A DNA stretch of 64,000 nucleotides from Pseudovirgaria hyperparasitica. Its lineage: Eukaryota. Position 1 is the stretch's first letter. Each line of letters starts with the position of its first letter. Location of the stretch: NCBI GenBank assembly GCA_010093815.1, contig ML996572.1. One strand, given 5' to 3'. Position numbers and translations under genes: made by a program. Positions 50,405-62,651 of this stretch are shown here, one piece after another. The notes below the pieces were generated by a model that was not told where the DNA came from, made no database searches, and saw nothing but the letters and a program-made list of their open reading frames with translations.

Positions 50405-51203
50405 TATGGAACACTAGAAGCGATACGAAGGTCTAAGCGGAAGAGATGATACTGGATCTGTAAAGCTTTGGAGGCCTGTGAAGTCGAAGGAGGTAGGTGT
50501 AGAGGTAGAGAGTTGAGAGGTGAGGGAGACGAAGCGTAAGTTGGACGAGTTTGAGAGAAGTGATCAGAATGTGAGGTGAATTCATAATGGCTGCTGGATA
50601 GTACTGTACTCGACCATAGTGAGTAATTAAGTGAATAAGGCGCTGAGATCACTTCATGAAGCCTCAACAGTTGGCGGCGAAGAGGAGACAGAGCCTCGAC
50701 AACACCAGGCATCTCATTGAGAGCCATTGGAACTGGAATCGTTTAGCTGATGGTACTAGACACACAGTGTGAGAGGTTCGCGATGCTGGATGAGCTTAGA
50801 AGTGTGAAAGACGCGATGTAGAAGCAGCCCTCATCTAATAATTAATTATGGGTAGGTACGAATAGAGGTTGGAGGGCTATGATCTAACCGTATCAGGCTA
50901 GCGTGATTCTAGCTAGTCGCTCTAGCAGTGATATCATCCTGAACCATATTAATGATCAATATTCAACCTCCGATCGACCGCAGTAGGGGTCGTTTTCTCA
51001 TAGATCCTACAGTATGGCTACAACTTATTATAAAGAAGCCTGGCCATCAATAGGCAAACATCGTTCGTTGAGCGTTTGACCAATCCTACGTCACTTATCC
51101 ATGCCACATATGATATATATCGTTAGGAGACGACATAGTCTGCTGTCTTGACAAGTAGCCAAGCATACGTCTGCCCCTTCAGAACATACCGCACCATCAC
51201 AGG

Positions 51204-52973
51204 ATGTCCTCTAGGAAAGCACCGGTCATGGTAGAGATACATGCCATCTCGAGCATTTACTCGCCCGCCCATGACGCAACAAGACAAGATCCTATTCGCA
51301 AACGTCTCTCGATCATTGATTCCAGCTGTGCAAACTTCACACCGACCGGGGCGCTATGGTATCTTGAGCGCTCGGCTGATGAATCTACGTTTGCCATTGA
51401 CGCTCTTCGAGAAAGCTTGAAGGCAACCTTGCAAGGCTATCTGCAATTCACAGGACGATTGCGTATGGTGCATCAGGACGATGAAGAATCACATGCAAAC
51501 GGAACGGCGTTTTACAATCGTCTTGAAGTGTGGTATGGCGATGCAAATGCTCCAGGGGTCACTTTTGTAGCTGCGTGTTCAACGGCGAAGCTTGATGACT
51601 TTGTCCCCACGGCACAGGAGCAGGCGCAGAGGAGAGTTTGGAAAGCGACAGATATACCGCGGGAAGATGTGCGTATCCATTACTAGGGATCTAGCAATGA
51701 GAGATCTAGCAATGCGAGATCTAGCAATGGGACAGCGATTCTAACGAGTGTTCAGGTCTTCCTCTCAAACCCTCTGGCAAACGGCATGACAGCTCCGACC
51801 TACGACGACAGCAACAACATATCCGACCCCGTGATGGTAGTGCAAGTCACCTCGCTCTGCGATGGAGTCGTCATCGGCGTCAAGATATCTCACCCCCTCG
51901 CAGATGCGCATACCCTTGCTCTCTTCGTCCGCGATTGGTCTTCAACACATGCGGCAATGCACAACGGCCTGTCTCCAGCTCCACCGACCGCAATCTTTGA
52001 GCCACAACTCATAGATGACGCGGCGACGAAGGCATTACACGGCTCCTCGAAAGAGGAAATCCTCTCCAAAGCTCTTAGTGCTCCAATGCAGCGCTTCGAC
52101 TGGTGGGACTGTGCACACGCCCCGTTTCGTTCTGTGGCCATGCAACCTCCCGAGATCCTGAGGGACAAACCCGCCGCCAAAACACCTATTCGCAAGCCTG
52201 ATAGAACAGCATGGCACGAATGGAACCGCGATGCACCAGTCGAACACGTCGTCTTGCACTTCAGCGCCGCAGAAATCTCATCTCTGCGTGAGCACGTCGC
52301 GCTGCACACAGATACCAACAACACCCTCCAGCCAAGCACTCACGACATACTCCTGGCACATATCTGGTCTGCCATCACACGAGCCAGGGGCTTCACAACT
52401 CACTCTGACGACGACGACGACGACGACGACGGCAACGTCCACGCAGCCCTCAGCTTCTCCCTCCGCACACGCCTCTCCCCACCGCTCCCCTCTCACACCA
52501 CCGGCTCCCCAATCGCAAACATCACATTCACCCTCCCCGCACACACCGTCGCATCACCAACCTCCCTCGCCCACACCGCATCCACAATCCGCACCACTCT
52601 ACACACCCTCACCCCCTCACTCCTCGCAGCACACATCTACAGCCTCACGCAAGAAACCACCCCACAGCGCATCTGGCAGCTCTTCCTCGGCCGCAGACAC
52701 GTAATCATCACGAGCTGGGCGCGCACTGGGTGTTACGACGTCGATTTCGGCACGGGCAAGACACCACGCTATGTTCATCCCATGATGCCGGCTGTGGACG
52801 GGTGCGTACAAGTCATGGAAGCTGCAGCACGAAAGGAGGAAGCGGAGCATGATGATGATGATGATGATGGAAAATGGTTTGCAAGGGGCGTGAATGTGAA
52901 TGTATTTCTCACCGCAGACGCGATGGAGATGCTGTTGCGCGAGTACGTAGAAGTATCCCGCCTGCACAGCTAG
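51204..52973 (+). CDS. BAHD/transferase-family acyltransferase
   Basis: LSIID, FTGRL, HxxxD (HPLAD), STHDILLAHIWSAITRARG, TSW and DFGTG. Intron 51669-51755. Confidence 0.9.
51688..51729 (+). repeat. Intronic 15-bp-period tandem repeat (GATCTAGCAATG x3)
   Basis: Copies at 51688, 51703 and 51718. Confidence 0.85.
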
Positions 52974-53258
52974 GCAGACAAATCAGATCCAACGCCCGTA
53001 CACCGTTCCAAAAAAAAAAGGTTGAAAAAAAAAAAAAGGTCCCAAGAGAAATGCATAACCCAAACTCCCTCTCCAGCCGCGACTGCAAATAAATCCCCCA
53101 TCTCTAGCAGCGCGATCCCTTCCGAAATGTGCCAACCCTTCTCTTGATATCTCCGCTTCCCGTCTCTCCGCTCTCCGCTCTCCGCAGCTCATACTATACC
53201 TTTCCACCCCTGCCCACGACGCCCGACGAGCCTCATTCTCACACTCGCCACCGCTCTC

Positions 53259-56200
53259 CTAACCCTTCCTACGAACCCCCGACGACGCAGTACCGGGCTG
53301 AGGCCTGGTACTACGAGTATTTGGCTTCTTACGCGCAGGCGCAGGGGGTGAGGAAGGCGGAAGGGGAGACGGCGACGAGGTAGTGACCGTTTCTGGCGGT
53401 GGAGGACTTGTATTCGACGGTGGCGCCGCGGCTGGGGGTGGTGCAGTCGGTGCTGCTGGCGGTGCTGGCGGTGCGGTCGGTGCGGTCGGTGCGGGCGGTG
53501 CGGTCGGTGGTGGTGGTGGTGGTGGTGGTGGTGGTGGTGCGTCCTCGTCCGACTCCTCCTCCTCCTCGTCGTCGCTAAACATCCCCACGAGACGCTCCAT
53601 CTCTTCAATCTCGTTGAGACTTGGAATCTCATCCTCCGGGACCCGGGTCGCGATGTCGTACAGGTATAGGCGCGCCGGGTCCGGCTCGTGGTGGGTGTCT
53701 GCGGCGGTGGTGATGCGGGCGGTCTTCTTGCCTTTGGAGGAGGCGCCGCCGGTGGTGGTGATGGTGTCGGTGGGGGAGGGGGGAGAGGTGGAGGAGGAGG
53801 AGGAGGCGTCGGCGTCGACGTCGACATCTGAGATGCGACGCTTCTTGGCTTGGGTGGTGGTGGTGGTGGGTGCGGAGGGGGAGATCTTGTCGGTGGGCGT
53901 GGGGTCTGAGGCAGGCGTGTCTGCCGGAGTGCTTGTCTGGCAGGGTTCTGCCGATGGAGTGATGGTGTTGTTGTTGCCGCTGGTGCTGCCAGCTTGACCC
54001 ATCACTTCTTCCGGAGCAGACACGTTGCCACCCTCACCACCCGTCTGCGAGCTCGTCCTCTGCTCGACCCCCTGAGTCCGCGGTCCGCGCCACGCGGCCG
54101 ACTCCATGAACAACTCCCATCCGCGCTCCTCCTCGCGGTCCCGTGGGGTGTCGTCCGTCGTTGCCCAGTTGTACCTGTCGGCAAAGTCCACCGCCTCGTC
54201 CTCGTCTTCGTCGCTAGAGTCACCACCAAAGGGTGACTCGGGGGTCATGTAGGAAGGGGGGTCAGGGCCGATGCCCTGCCATTGCTCGTATGAGAGCGTC
54301 GGTGTGCGGAGCGAGGCTTGTGCGGAGGCGGCCGCTGCAGGGCTGCTGCGTGCGACCGGGGCGAATCTCTGCTGCTGCGCTCGGGCGGGAGTGGTGTTGA
54401 ATGTGTGCCCTGGGTATGGCACGTTTCCAGCGCTGGGAGCTGGGCTGGCTGGTCCTTGGTCTTGCACTCGTGCGGCTGCACGAGTGGGGAAATAGTCGCT
54501 GGCCCGAAAGACGATGGTGGACGTGCTCGCGGGGGCATCGATGTCCATGTTGTCGGTCTCGTCTGGGCGAATGATTCCGTGACGGATGCTCAGTTGACGA
54601 CCAAGCCAGTCCATGTACTCCAGGCTGTACGGGTTTGATGGTGGCCCGCTACCACTGCTCGCGTTGCGAGTCTCTTCCACTTCCACCTCCATCTCAACTT
54701 CCTCCTCTACTTCCGGTTCCAACTCCATGGCAGTACCTTCTGGCCCCACGAGCGCGCTGTGCTCTTCGGTGGAAACTTGTTCCGGAGCGCGCTGTCCTCG
54801 TGCGAAGAACCTACCATGGGACAGCAAGGGGGTGCTGTTGTATGTAAAGATGGGTTGACGCTGCTGCGCCGGTGGCTGAACCGCCCCGTCTTCATCATCC
54901 ATCGGGGTATCTACGACCTCATGGCCGCTAGGAACCTGATGGCGGTCCGTGATTGGAAATGAATCCTCATCTCCATCGACCATCGACGAATCGACGACGG
55001 TCTCCAGATCAGAGAGAATCGATCCACTGCCTTCAGCCTTGGGAAAACCAGGCTCTCCAGCAGCAGACTCAACCACCTCCGCACGATCAGGCAGCGAGAG
55101 ACCCGCCGTCTCAACGGCAAGCGGATCCTCCTCGCTGGCACGAGCTTCCTCTTCCGACGCCGCTTGGGCAACCACAATCTCTTCGAGCCTCTCTGGGGGT
55201 GAGAATTGTGGCTCCACCGAGCCGACGACGAGTCCCCCCTCTTCGCTTGGTTGGAAGTAGTACGACTCCTCCTGGCCGCCTTCCACATACTCCGGGTCCA
55301 CCGCCCGCCGCCAAAACATCTCCTCTTCCTCCTCCTCCTTCTGCTCCTTCGTCATTGTGCCAGACTCCACAACGTCCAGCGGCACTTCCCCGTCATGCTC
55401 CTCCTGGGTAGGAAGAACCTCCAAGAGCTCGATGAGCTCGAGGGGGACGGTCTCATCCGAGACCGGCAGGTCCTCCACACTTCCATTAGCCTTTGGGAAA
55501 CCAGGCTCGATAGAAGCAGGCGAAGTCTGCTCTTCCTCCCGTGCCTCCGAGGTCGTCTCTGTACCTTGTGCCTGAGCACGCGGCACGACGCCAAGGGGCG
55601 ATGATGTGACAATAGGGTTGCTAGCCCCATTGCCAGGGCGTTCATCTTGGTGAACCGACGCGGGCTTAGCAGGGGCAGGCGAATCAGATTCACCGCCGTC
55701 TACCTTGGTCGGACCGGCGCCGGTCACAGGGGGAGAGTCGTGAGGTGTAGCACCGCTCTGGTCGGGAGCAGTAGGTGTGATGGCAGACCGGATCACCGTC
55801 CGTCTGCGCCAGTTGCTAGAGCGAGCGATGCTCTCTCCACGGCGTTCCAGGTGGCGAGCCAGGATGACGTCCGAAGACGGCTTGAAGGGCTCCTTGTCGC
55901 TTTCTGCTCCGTTGGGCAGGACTTCAATCGCAGTCCTCTCCGGAATCCCTTCGCGTGTTGCCTCCTCGATAGCCTCATGCGCTGGACCGCAGTGAGGAAT
56001 CGAGGGGGCAGTCGGTCGCTGGACGTGATGGCTGTCCGGAGCAAAGCGGAACGGTGCACCATCACGGCCCAGTGGGACACGCGAGCTTGGAGGAGGGATT
56101 GAGGGAGGATATGCGGCTGTGGTGGTCGCCTGCTTGATCGCAAACTCGATGTCGATGGGTTCTGGTTGAGGTAAGGGCGGCGGGAGCTTTCTGGTGCAAC

Positions 56201-56630
56201 AACACCTGCTGTACAGTGCCGCCGACAAGAGCACAAGACCAGCGACGACGAGGAAGAACCGAATGTGTGCTGTCCAGCAGCTACAATCGTCCACCAGAGC
56301 ATCGCCGCTGGGTGTCTTTACATCGACGGGCTGCGGCAAGTGAGTTGACCATCCGATGTGCTCGAGGCACTGCTCCAAGGTGGCGTTGACGCGACTTAGA
56401 CACCCGATGACGAAACTTTCGCGTGACATTGCAGCAATGGGAGTACCCGGTGCTGGCGTTGGAGGTCCCAGCGTCCCAGGCGGACTTGGTAGCTGTTGTG
56501 GACGAGTGAGAGTGTGAGCGATCTGTTTGACGAGAGCAAATAGCTCCGGTCGAAGCCATGGTATGTTCTGATCAATTGTGCTGAAGATGGAGAGACTGAG
56601 TCCCACGAGTAGGACGAGAAGAGGTAGCAT
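53259..56630 (-). CDS. Orphan intronless protein: signal/TM segments, then long acidic and Pro-rich disordered region
   Basis: ORF of >1100 codons. First ATG at 56630 (MLPLLVLLVGLSLSIF), second TM FFLVVAGLVLLSAALY followed by CCC; poly-E and poly-P tail. Confidence 0.75.
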   Translation of the reverse strand: MLPLLVLLVGLSLSIFSTIDQNIPWLRPELFALVKQIAHTLTRPQQLPSPPGTLGPPTPAPGTPIAAMSRESFVIGCLSRVNATLEQCLEHIGWSTHLPQPVDVKTPSGDALVDDCSCWTAHIRFFLVVAGLVLLSAALYSRCCCTRKLPPPLPQPEPIDIEFAIKQATTTAAYPPSIPPPSSRVPLGRDGAPFRFAPDSHHVQRPTAPSIPHCGPAHEAIEEATREGIPERTAIEVLPNGAESDKEPFKPSSDVILARHLERRGESIARSSNWRRRTVIRSAITPTAPDQSGATPHDSPPVTGAGPTKVDGGESDSPAPAKPASVHQDERPGNGASNPIVTSSPLGVVPRAQAQGTETTSEAREEEQTSPASIEPGFPKANGSVEDLPVSDETVPLELIELLEVLPTQEEHDGEVPLDVVESGTMTKEQKEEEEEEMFWRRAVDPEYVEGGQEESYYFQPSEEGGLVVGSVEPQFSPPERLEEIVVAQAASEEEARASEEDPLAVETAGLSLPDRAEVVESAAGEPGFPKAEGSGSILSDLETVVDSSMVDGDEDSFPITDRHQVPSGHEVVDTPMDDEDGAVQPPAQQRQPIFTYNSTPLLSHGRFFARGQRAPEQVSTEEHSALVGPEGTAMELEPEVEEEVEMEVEVEETRNASSGSGPPSNPYSLEYMDWLGRQLSIRHGIIRPDETDNMDIDAPASTSTIVFRASDYFPTRAAARVQDQGPASPAPSAGNVPYPGHTFNTTPARAQQQRFAPVARSSPAAAASAQASLRTPTLSYEQWQGIGPDPPSYMTPESPFGGDSSDEDEDEAVDFADRYNWATTDDTPRDREEERGWELFMESAAWRGPRTQGVEQRTSSQTGGEGGNVSAPEEVMGQAGSTSGNNNTITPSAEPCQTSTPADTPASDPTPTDKISPSAPTTTTTQAKKRRISDVDVDADASSSSSTSPPSPTDTITTTGGASSKGKKTARITTAADTHHEPDPARLYLYDIATRVPEDEIPSLNEIEEMERLVGMFSDDEEEEESDEDAPPPPPPPPPPPTAPPAPTAPTAPPAPPAAPTAPPPAAAPPSNTSPPPPETVTTSSPSPLPPSSPPAPARKKPNTRSTRPQPGTASSGVRRKG

Positions 56631-56922
56631 CCTGAATGACTTTGAGGTGACAGGTTCTGAAAAGAACAGATGAACGAATTTGAGGTGCACGTCTCTGAGG
56701 GAAACGATCCCGAGATGGTTGTCTTATAGACAAACGTTTCTTCTTCATGAAAGCAAGAGATGAGAATAGAGAGGCAAAGTCAAGTAAAGTGTGGTAAGTT
56801 GTACGTTGTGAGACGTGTGAGACAATGATGTTGCTGGCAGGAAAAGGAAGTTCGAGAGAGAAGAGCAGAGAAAGAGAGCTATAAATAAGAAATTCGACAA
56901 GCGAGAAAGTGTGCCGGGTGAC

Positions 56923-56968
56923 CTATTGAGAAGCGAGCGGTGACGACGTCACAGGGCCTGCTATTGTT
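56923..56968. promoter_or_regulatory. CTATTGAG (56923) and CTATTGTT (56961) upstream of the orphan gene
   Basis: Directly visible, about 300 bp upstream of ATG 56630. Confidence 0.4.
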
Positions 56969-57330
56969 CACCGTTGGTGAATGGACGGTGATGACGGCAT
57001 CGCGAAGGGGTAAACAAACAAGGACACGCGTTGTTCACTTCGATTCACTTCTTGGCCAAACAATGTCAAATCAGAACCTTTGCCGAATTGCCGCCGAGAT
57101 GGAATGTCTACTCTGTCCAACGAGCACAGACATGTCTCCAGGCTTCCAGTCTGCAATGATAGCTTTTATTCCGCAATACTTTGGGTCCCGCAAGCATATT
57201 TTTCTCGAAGTGGTGAACATGAATATCCTCGTCATTCATTCCTACGTAATTCATGTCCGTCGGATTAGGTGACTATTAATTGTGTTCTCCAAGCATCACG
57301 GAACAGCAAATTCCTGTGGATAGCAGTGCA

Positions 57331-60273
57331 CTACCTGCCCCTTTTCCCAGCCAGAGGGTCCGATTCACCTTTGACATCGACCTTCAATTTCTTCCGGCAA
57401 TCCTCACAGTACCACTTCTGTCGTCTTCCGGGCATATTCGTTTGGGTGAATCCCACACACTCGAAGTGAAACCATTGCTTCTCGCACTATGATAATTATT
57501 AGCAGGACCTAGGCAGATTGTGGATGGTTATTGAAACGATACATACACTTTCCTCGTTAGAGCAAGCTATCATCTGCCCGTGCGAGACATCGTTACAGAG
57601 ACAGTACCGTTCTTCGTTGTCATCAATGTCGTCCTCGGCGGCGCCTTCTTCGCTCTTGCGGCGTGCGTGCCCTTTTCCTTTTTTGCGCGGCGCGATAGTC
57701 GTCATACCCTTGCCGTTCTCATCTATGGCAACCGGTCCAGGAGCACGCCTGCGACGAGTGCGCACAGGTGCGGTGTTGATGGCGATGGCAGCCTCGTGAG
57801 CTGTCGGGAGGCTGACATTGCTTGCTCGACGAAGGTTGTGACCTTTACTGGCTTCCTGTTTGACCTGGGGTTCTACGCTAGCCGCTTTGGCAGCTGCACC
57901 GCTACGAGACGAAGGCCGGGTTGACATCCTATATTGCGTTTGAGGAGGTACCGCTGCTGCCTCTGGAGTTGCAACTTGATCTTTGGGGGCAACAGACACA
58001 CGACGGGAGCATGGCGCAGCCAGTTGCGGTTCCGTAGATGCGGCTCTCTCCTTGGCTGTAACAGAGGACCTGCGGGAGCGTGATACAACGGTAGTGGTTG
58101 AAGTCGTGGGGTTAACAGGTTCCACAGGGCGAGTAATGGGGACCAGGCTTTCCGATGCGGTTGCTGGCACAGCAGTCTCAACATTAGTAGTATCAACGGT
58201 GCCTACAGGCTCAACCGGCGCAGTCGGTGGCGACACGGGCGTCTGCATATGCTCATTCGGTGAAGGTAGTGGAGGAGTGAGTTTCTGGGGGCTGAGTGCT
58301 GGGACAGGAGTAGAAGGGCCGGCTGGAGCAAGGGGGACCATTGTTGCTACTGCGCTTCTCGCAGAGGTCGGAAGAGGAATTGGTGAAGCGGATGCCTGGG
58401 AAGCTGACGCTGGTAAGGGAACTGGCGTTTCTTGAGATCTAGCCGGCTGTGGCAGAATAAGCTTCAGTTTCTTGGCGTTGTTCTCAGCAACAACTGTAGA
58501 GTCTTGAGAAGCGCCGTCAGGGGTTTCTCCAGCGTCCTTACTATGTTCCGGGGATGCCTCCCGTTTCCTCTTCTTTACAGTCTTTGGAGTCTTACCTACG
58601 TCCTTTCTGGTGCTATTAGGAGCTGCAATTGGGGTTGCAGGACCGAAAAGATCCTTCATCGTATTTCCAATATTAGTGATCAGAGTGTTTGCTCCCTCCA
58701 GCCCACCCGCTCTCCTGATAAGAGGAAGTTGCTCCCTGGGAGCTTCTTTCTTGCGCTTTTGTGTCGGTTTGACGGCTTTTCGAGTCGTATCATTTCCCTC
58801 GGTGGTCTTCGAATTGGGTGTACCAGAAGGGGTTATCGGAGGTGGTGTCATGGGTAGAGCAGCGCTTTCATTAAGAGCCGACACGTATCCGGCCATCAAG
58901 GCAGCATGTGCAGGGGCAGTTGTAGCGGAAGCCAAACCACTTGCACCGTCGGGGGTATCTATAGTAATTTCCATGGGTACTGGCGCGTCAGCAAGGACTG
59001 GTTCAGGTTGGGCATCCGCATCATCTTGAATAATGGGTGGGGACAGAATGTCTGCTGCGATAGGTAAAGTAGGCGTCGGCTCTGCTTCCGCGGCGATAGG
59101 TACAGCTGGTGGTGATGGTGGAGGTAGAGGCTGGGGCTGGGGCTGGGGCTGGGACTGGGACTGGGACTGCGACTGCGACTGCGACTGCGACTGCGACTGC
59201 GACTGCGACTGCGACTGCGACTGCGACTGCGACTGCGACTGCGACTGCGACTGGGACTGGGATTGGGGCTGGGGCTGAGGATCATTGTCATCGTCAATGA
59301 AGGGTGTTCCAGTTTCTTGCGCCTCACGTCTAGCTTTTTCCATGGCAGCCAAACCACGGCCACGGGTATATAGCTCCCGCTCAACCATAGTCGCACTAGG
59401 TGTCCACACGGCATTTTTCTTCATCTGCTTGCGAAGCCTGGCCATCTCGTACTCTGTCAATCTCATCCAGGGCGCATGTCGGCTGCCGGGGAGTGCATCT
59501 GGCGGAGGAGGAGTGAGTCGAGCAAGGGCATTACTAGTCGAAATGCCTGCCACTCTACTATGGACTTCTGTGCCCATGCCTGGAGTCCTGATACGAGGCA
59601 CTTTTGGTATCTTGATCTTCTGTGACTTGGGGACGGCCGGGCTTCCCATATCGGAGTTCGAGCTGTATCCTCCAAAGGTCTCTCCGGCGGCTATGGAGCC
59701 ACCCGGGATAGTAAGGCGCCGATGTGTCCCAGCACGATGCTTGGGCCGAGTATCTCCATCTCTTTCGTCATCCGAATGTAGTGTCGGTCGTGGTATACGC
59801 TCCGTCTCAGGACGTCTTGTGCGTGCCACTGGTGGCGATACAGGAACAGGCGTAGGATCGCGCGACGGAGGCTTAGGTAGGGCTTCGAGCTTCTTCCTGA
59901 TGGTGGTAATGCGATGGGCATGGCGTTCAGTGACATTAAAGATCCGGTTTGCTTCAGCAGCAGACGCCTCTCTGCAGATCAGCGCACTGTCTAGAGCTTC
60001 AGAGATGTCCCTCCTCAGCTTCACAGGATCTGCGCGCTGATCGACAGGAAGATCTGGTTGTCTTTGCCATTCAGATGTAAGCCTGTGAATTTCGCTGGTT
60101 CGCTTGCGGTAGGTCTCGTCGAGCTGTGCGATGAGGGTCAGAGAGCGTCGGAGGTCAGCAGGAAAGTATTCGGTGTAATCGGAGAAGTCAGACACAGTGG
60201 CTTGGTGGTCGGGATGTGTAGTCTCTTGGTGAGCTATGCTGGGGAAATGGTCGATGACATCGACGTCCGACAT
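57331..60273 (-). CDS. ING-family PHD finger chromatin protein
   Basis: N-terminal ING domain (DYTEYFPADLRRSLTLIAQLD). Intron 57546-57487 completes the PHD: [39 protein letters not shown]. Confidence 0.92.
59129..59277 (-). repeat. Coding hexanucleotide repeat encoding (QP)n-(QS)n-(QP)n
   Basis: (GACTGC)n core flanked by GACTGG/GGCTGG units on the plus strand. Confidence 0.95.
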
Positions 60274-60720
60274 ATTCGCATAGTTCACGTAGGTGAGGCG
60301 CGTCGTGAGGATGCCGGTCGCGGGGTGCCTACGACTGCGATGGCGATGCCTGCTCCAGTAGTGATCTGGCAGAAGTCTTTTCAGCAGAGAAGAAGACCTC
60401 GAGGGTGCATACGAAGGGCGCACGTGTTGTGGTGAATTGACGATGCTGCGACGCCGTTGCAGGCACGACTTGGAGTCTTGAGGTTTCGCGTCTTGACGCC
60501 TGAGGCTCTACATCTTGGGGCCTGAGGAGCTACATATTCAGGCCTAAGGCATTCATGCATATCGCCATGAACTTACGCTAGCACAACTCAAGCTAGCGCG
60601 AACCGAGTAAATCCAAAGGTACCGAGTATTTCTGGTAAGTCTTCCCGAATGACATGAAAAATTATCTTCATTCCAACAATTCTTACGCCCACGCTGCCTC
60701 ATCTGCTCAGACTCTTCACC

Positions 60721-61407
60721 ATGACCAAAGCGAAATCTGGAGAAGCACGATCACCAGCCAAAGAACAGCTACGAAATCGTGAATCCCAGCGTCAGTCACG
60801 AGAGCGCCGCAAGGAATATGTCCTGGACCTCGAGCGGCGACTCCGGGACTACGAGCGAGCAGGCAGCCAAGCATCGTCTGCCATGCAGGAAGCTGCTCGG
60901 CAAGTCGTGCAGGAGAATCATGGCTTGAGAGCTTTGTTGTATCATCTGGGCCATAATGATGCCTATATCAATGAGTTTTTGAGGTTCAATCACGCCAGGC
61001 TGAATGGCGCTACCACGGAGTCGTACAGCCAGCTCAGCCAGCGTAAGATGGTATCGGAAACGTTGGCTGCGATGCCGAGTACGCCGATCGATGCCAGAGC
61101 ACCCTTTTCTGCTCAGATAAAGCAGCCACTGAACAATGCAGGTGCAATCACTCCGAAGCAGCACCGAGTGCCGGTTCAAGAAGCAGAAGCCGTGCGTGGA
61201 GCCGTCCAGATAGACACAGGCACGGGTGTCCATGCTGATGCATCAAAGGATACTATGGACTGCGAGGAAGCTGCTCGGCTCATTGCATCATTCCGAGGCC
61301 ACCACTCGACCGATCAGATATGGCCGGAGCTCGGATGTAGCTCAGCCAAGCGGTGCGCAGTCAAGAACAGCATCATCATGAGCCTAGCAGACGGCGAGGG
61401 ATCTTGA
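60721..61407 (+). CDS. bZIP transcription factor
   Basis: RNRESQRQSRERRKEYVLDLERRLR, MQEAARQVVQENHGLRALL, and C-terminal CEEAA..I...ELGC...C.V.N. Confidence 0.85.
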   Translation: MTKAKSGEARSPAKEQLRNRESQRQSRERRKEYVLDLERRLRDYERAGSQASSAMQEAARQVVQENHGLRALLYHLGHNDAYINEFLRFNHARLNGATTESYSQLSQRKMVSETLAAMPSTPIDARAPFSAQIKQPLNNAGAITPKQHRVPVQEAEAVRGAVQIDTGTGVHADASKDTMDCEEAARLIASFRGHHSTDQIWPELGCSSAKRCAVKNSIIMSLADGEGS

Positions 61408-62651
61408 GCACATCATGTTACTGAGTCCTGGACCGATCGACTTTCTGGCGTTATTACACGACCACTGCTCAGAGTGCAGAAACAGCACAACGGAGTCGAT
61501 CCAGAGCAACATACCACTGACACAAAGTATGCTGTCGACTTCCCGCCACCTACAGTACAAAACGGCCACCAGCATCTCGTATACGCAATCAACGCTCCCG
61601 TCCAGCAGCCTCTACACATTCAACGTCGATGTAAATGCTTACGATGGATCATCCTCCAAAGTATAGCTCGAACCCTTAACTCCTGCGTCAGTCAGTCTAG
61701 CTGAGCATCACAAAAGAGTTCGTCTGGAACACAAGCAGCCCAGCGACCAGGGCAGTTACGCAAGATATACCAGCGTCTGATACTGTGCGCTGCATATAGC
61801 CAGAAGCAAGTAGCACTATGGCAAGAAATAGTTGGATCGGCCACTTGGGGCGGAGCTGGTGTCGCGAAGACTATAAATATGTGACGGCTGAGGCTGTGAA
61901 CGATACTACATACTACGCAACACCAGTACTCGATATACCTGGGGTCCGGCCGTGGCGCAGTGCTTAGATGGCGCTCAGGACAATGCTTGTAGTGCTTAGT
62001 GCTTGGCGCTTACGGCCTAGCCACATCCGGTATAGCGCGAGAAGAAAACATCAGCTTATGCATATTATTGCGATTGTTATTCTTATTCTTATTATCATCT
62101 GCAGCATGCATGGCACTATCCATGGATTTCTTTATTTATCATTCGCTACGATGGGTCCTGCGTCGGTACAGTCAGAGCGGGACTGACACTTGAGATTGGG
62201 TATCGATGTTTGACGCGCGCGCTCCTGGCTAGAACTACTTGGACCGACCAATCGACGACCCAACTTCCGACCTCTACCTACAACTCACTTGATAACTTTC
62301 TGCAACTACTACTGCATGCATTACGCCGCTCACCCAGAATCTATCCATCATGGATGTCACCAAACTTGGCGGCACAGTCACGCCTGTAATTACTCACTCA
62401 CTCACTCTCGCCGCTTCCATCACACCCTCCTCACGCCCTCGACAGGCCTTCCTTGTCCTGTCAGACGCCATCATGGCTCGTGTTTGTTTCACTCGCCAGG
62501 CAATCTCGTCTCCACCTGGCGCCTCCATAGTACATAATCAGAACGACCTCCTCCTTCAACCATTCGCCTGCTCTCCATTTGCCCGTCCCTTATCTCACTC
62601 GACCTTACCTGCTGCGCGCTCGAGGCGTCGGCTGTGCCATTCACTCCCAGA

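Noticed and set aside
53009..53037. Poly-A tracts as retro-insertion tails
   Set aside because: Short A-runs between convergent 3' ends, with no target-site duplication or retroelement body.
53189..53997. Poly-His and poly-Gly ORFs
   Set aside because: Shadow frames of the Pro-rich tail of the 53259-56630 gene.
27900..57000. Starship or other giant transposon
   Set aside because: No tyrosine recombinase captain, transposase, terminal repeats or target-site duplication could be recognised.
59033..59414. ORFs with (CD)n, (AT)n or (SR)n dipeptide repeats
   Set aside because: Alternative frames of the hexamer repeat inside the ING gene.
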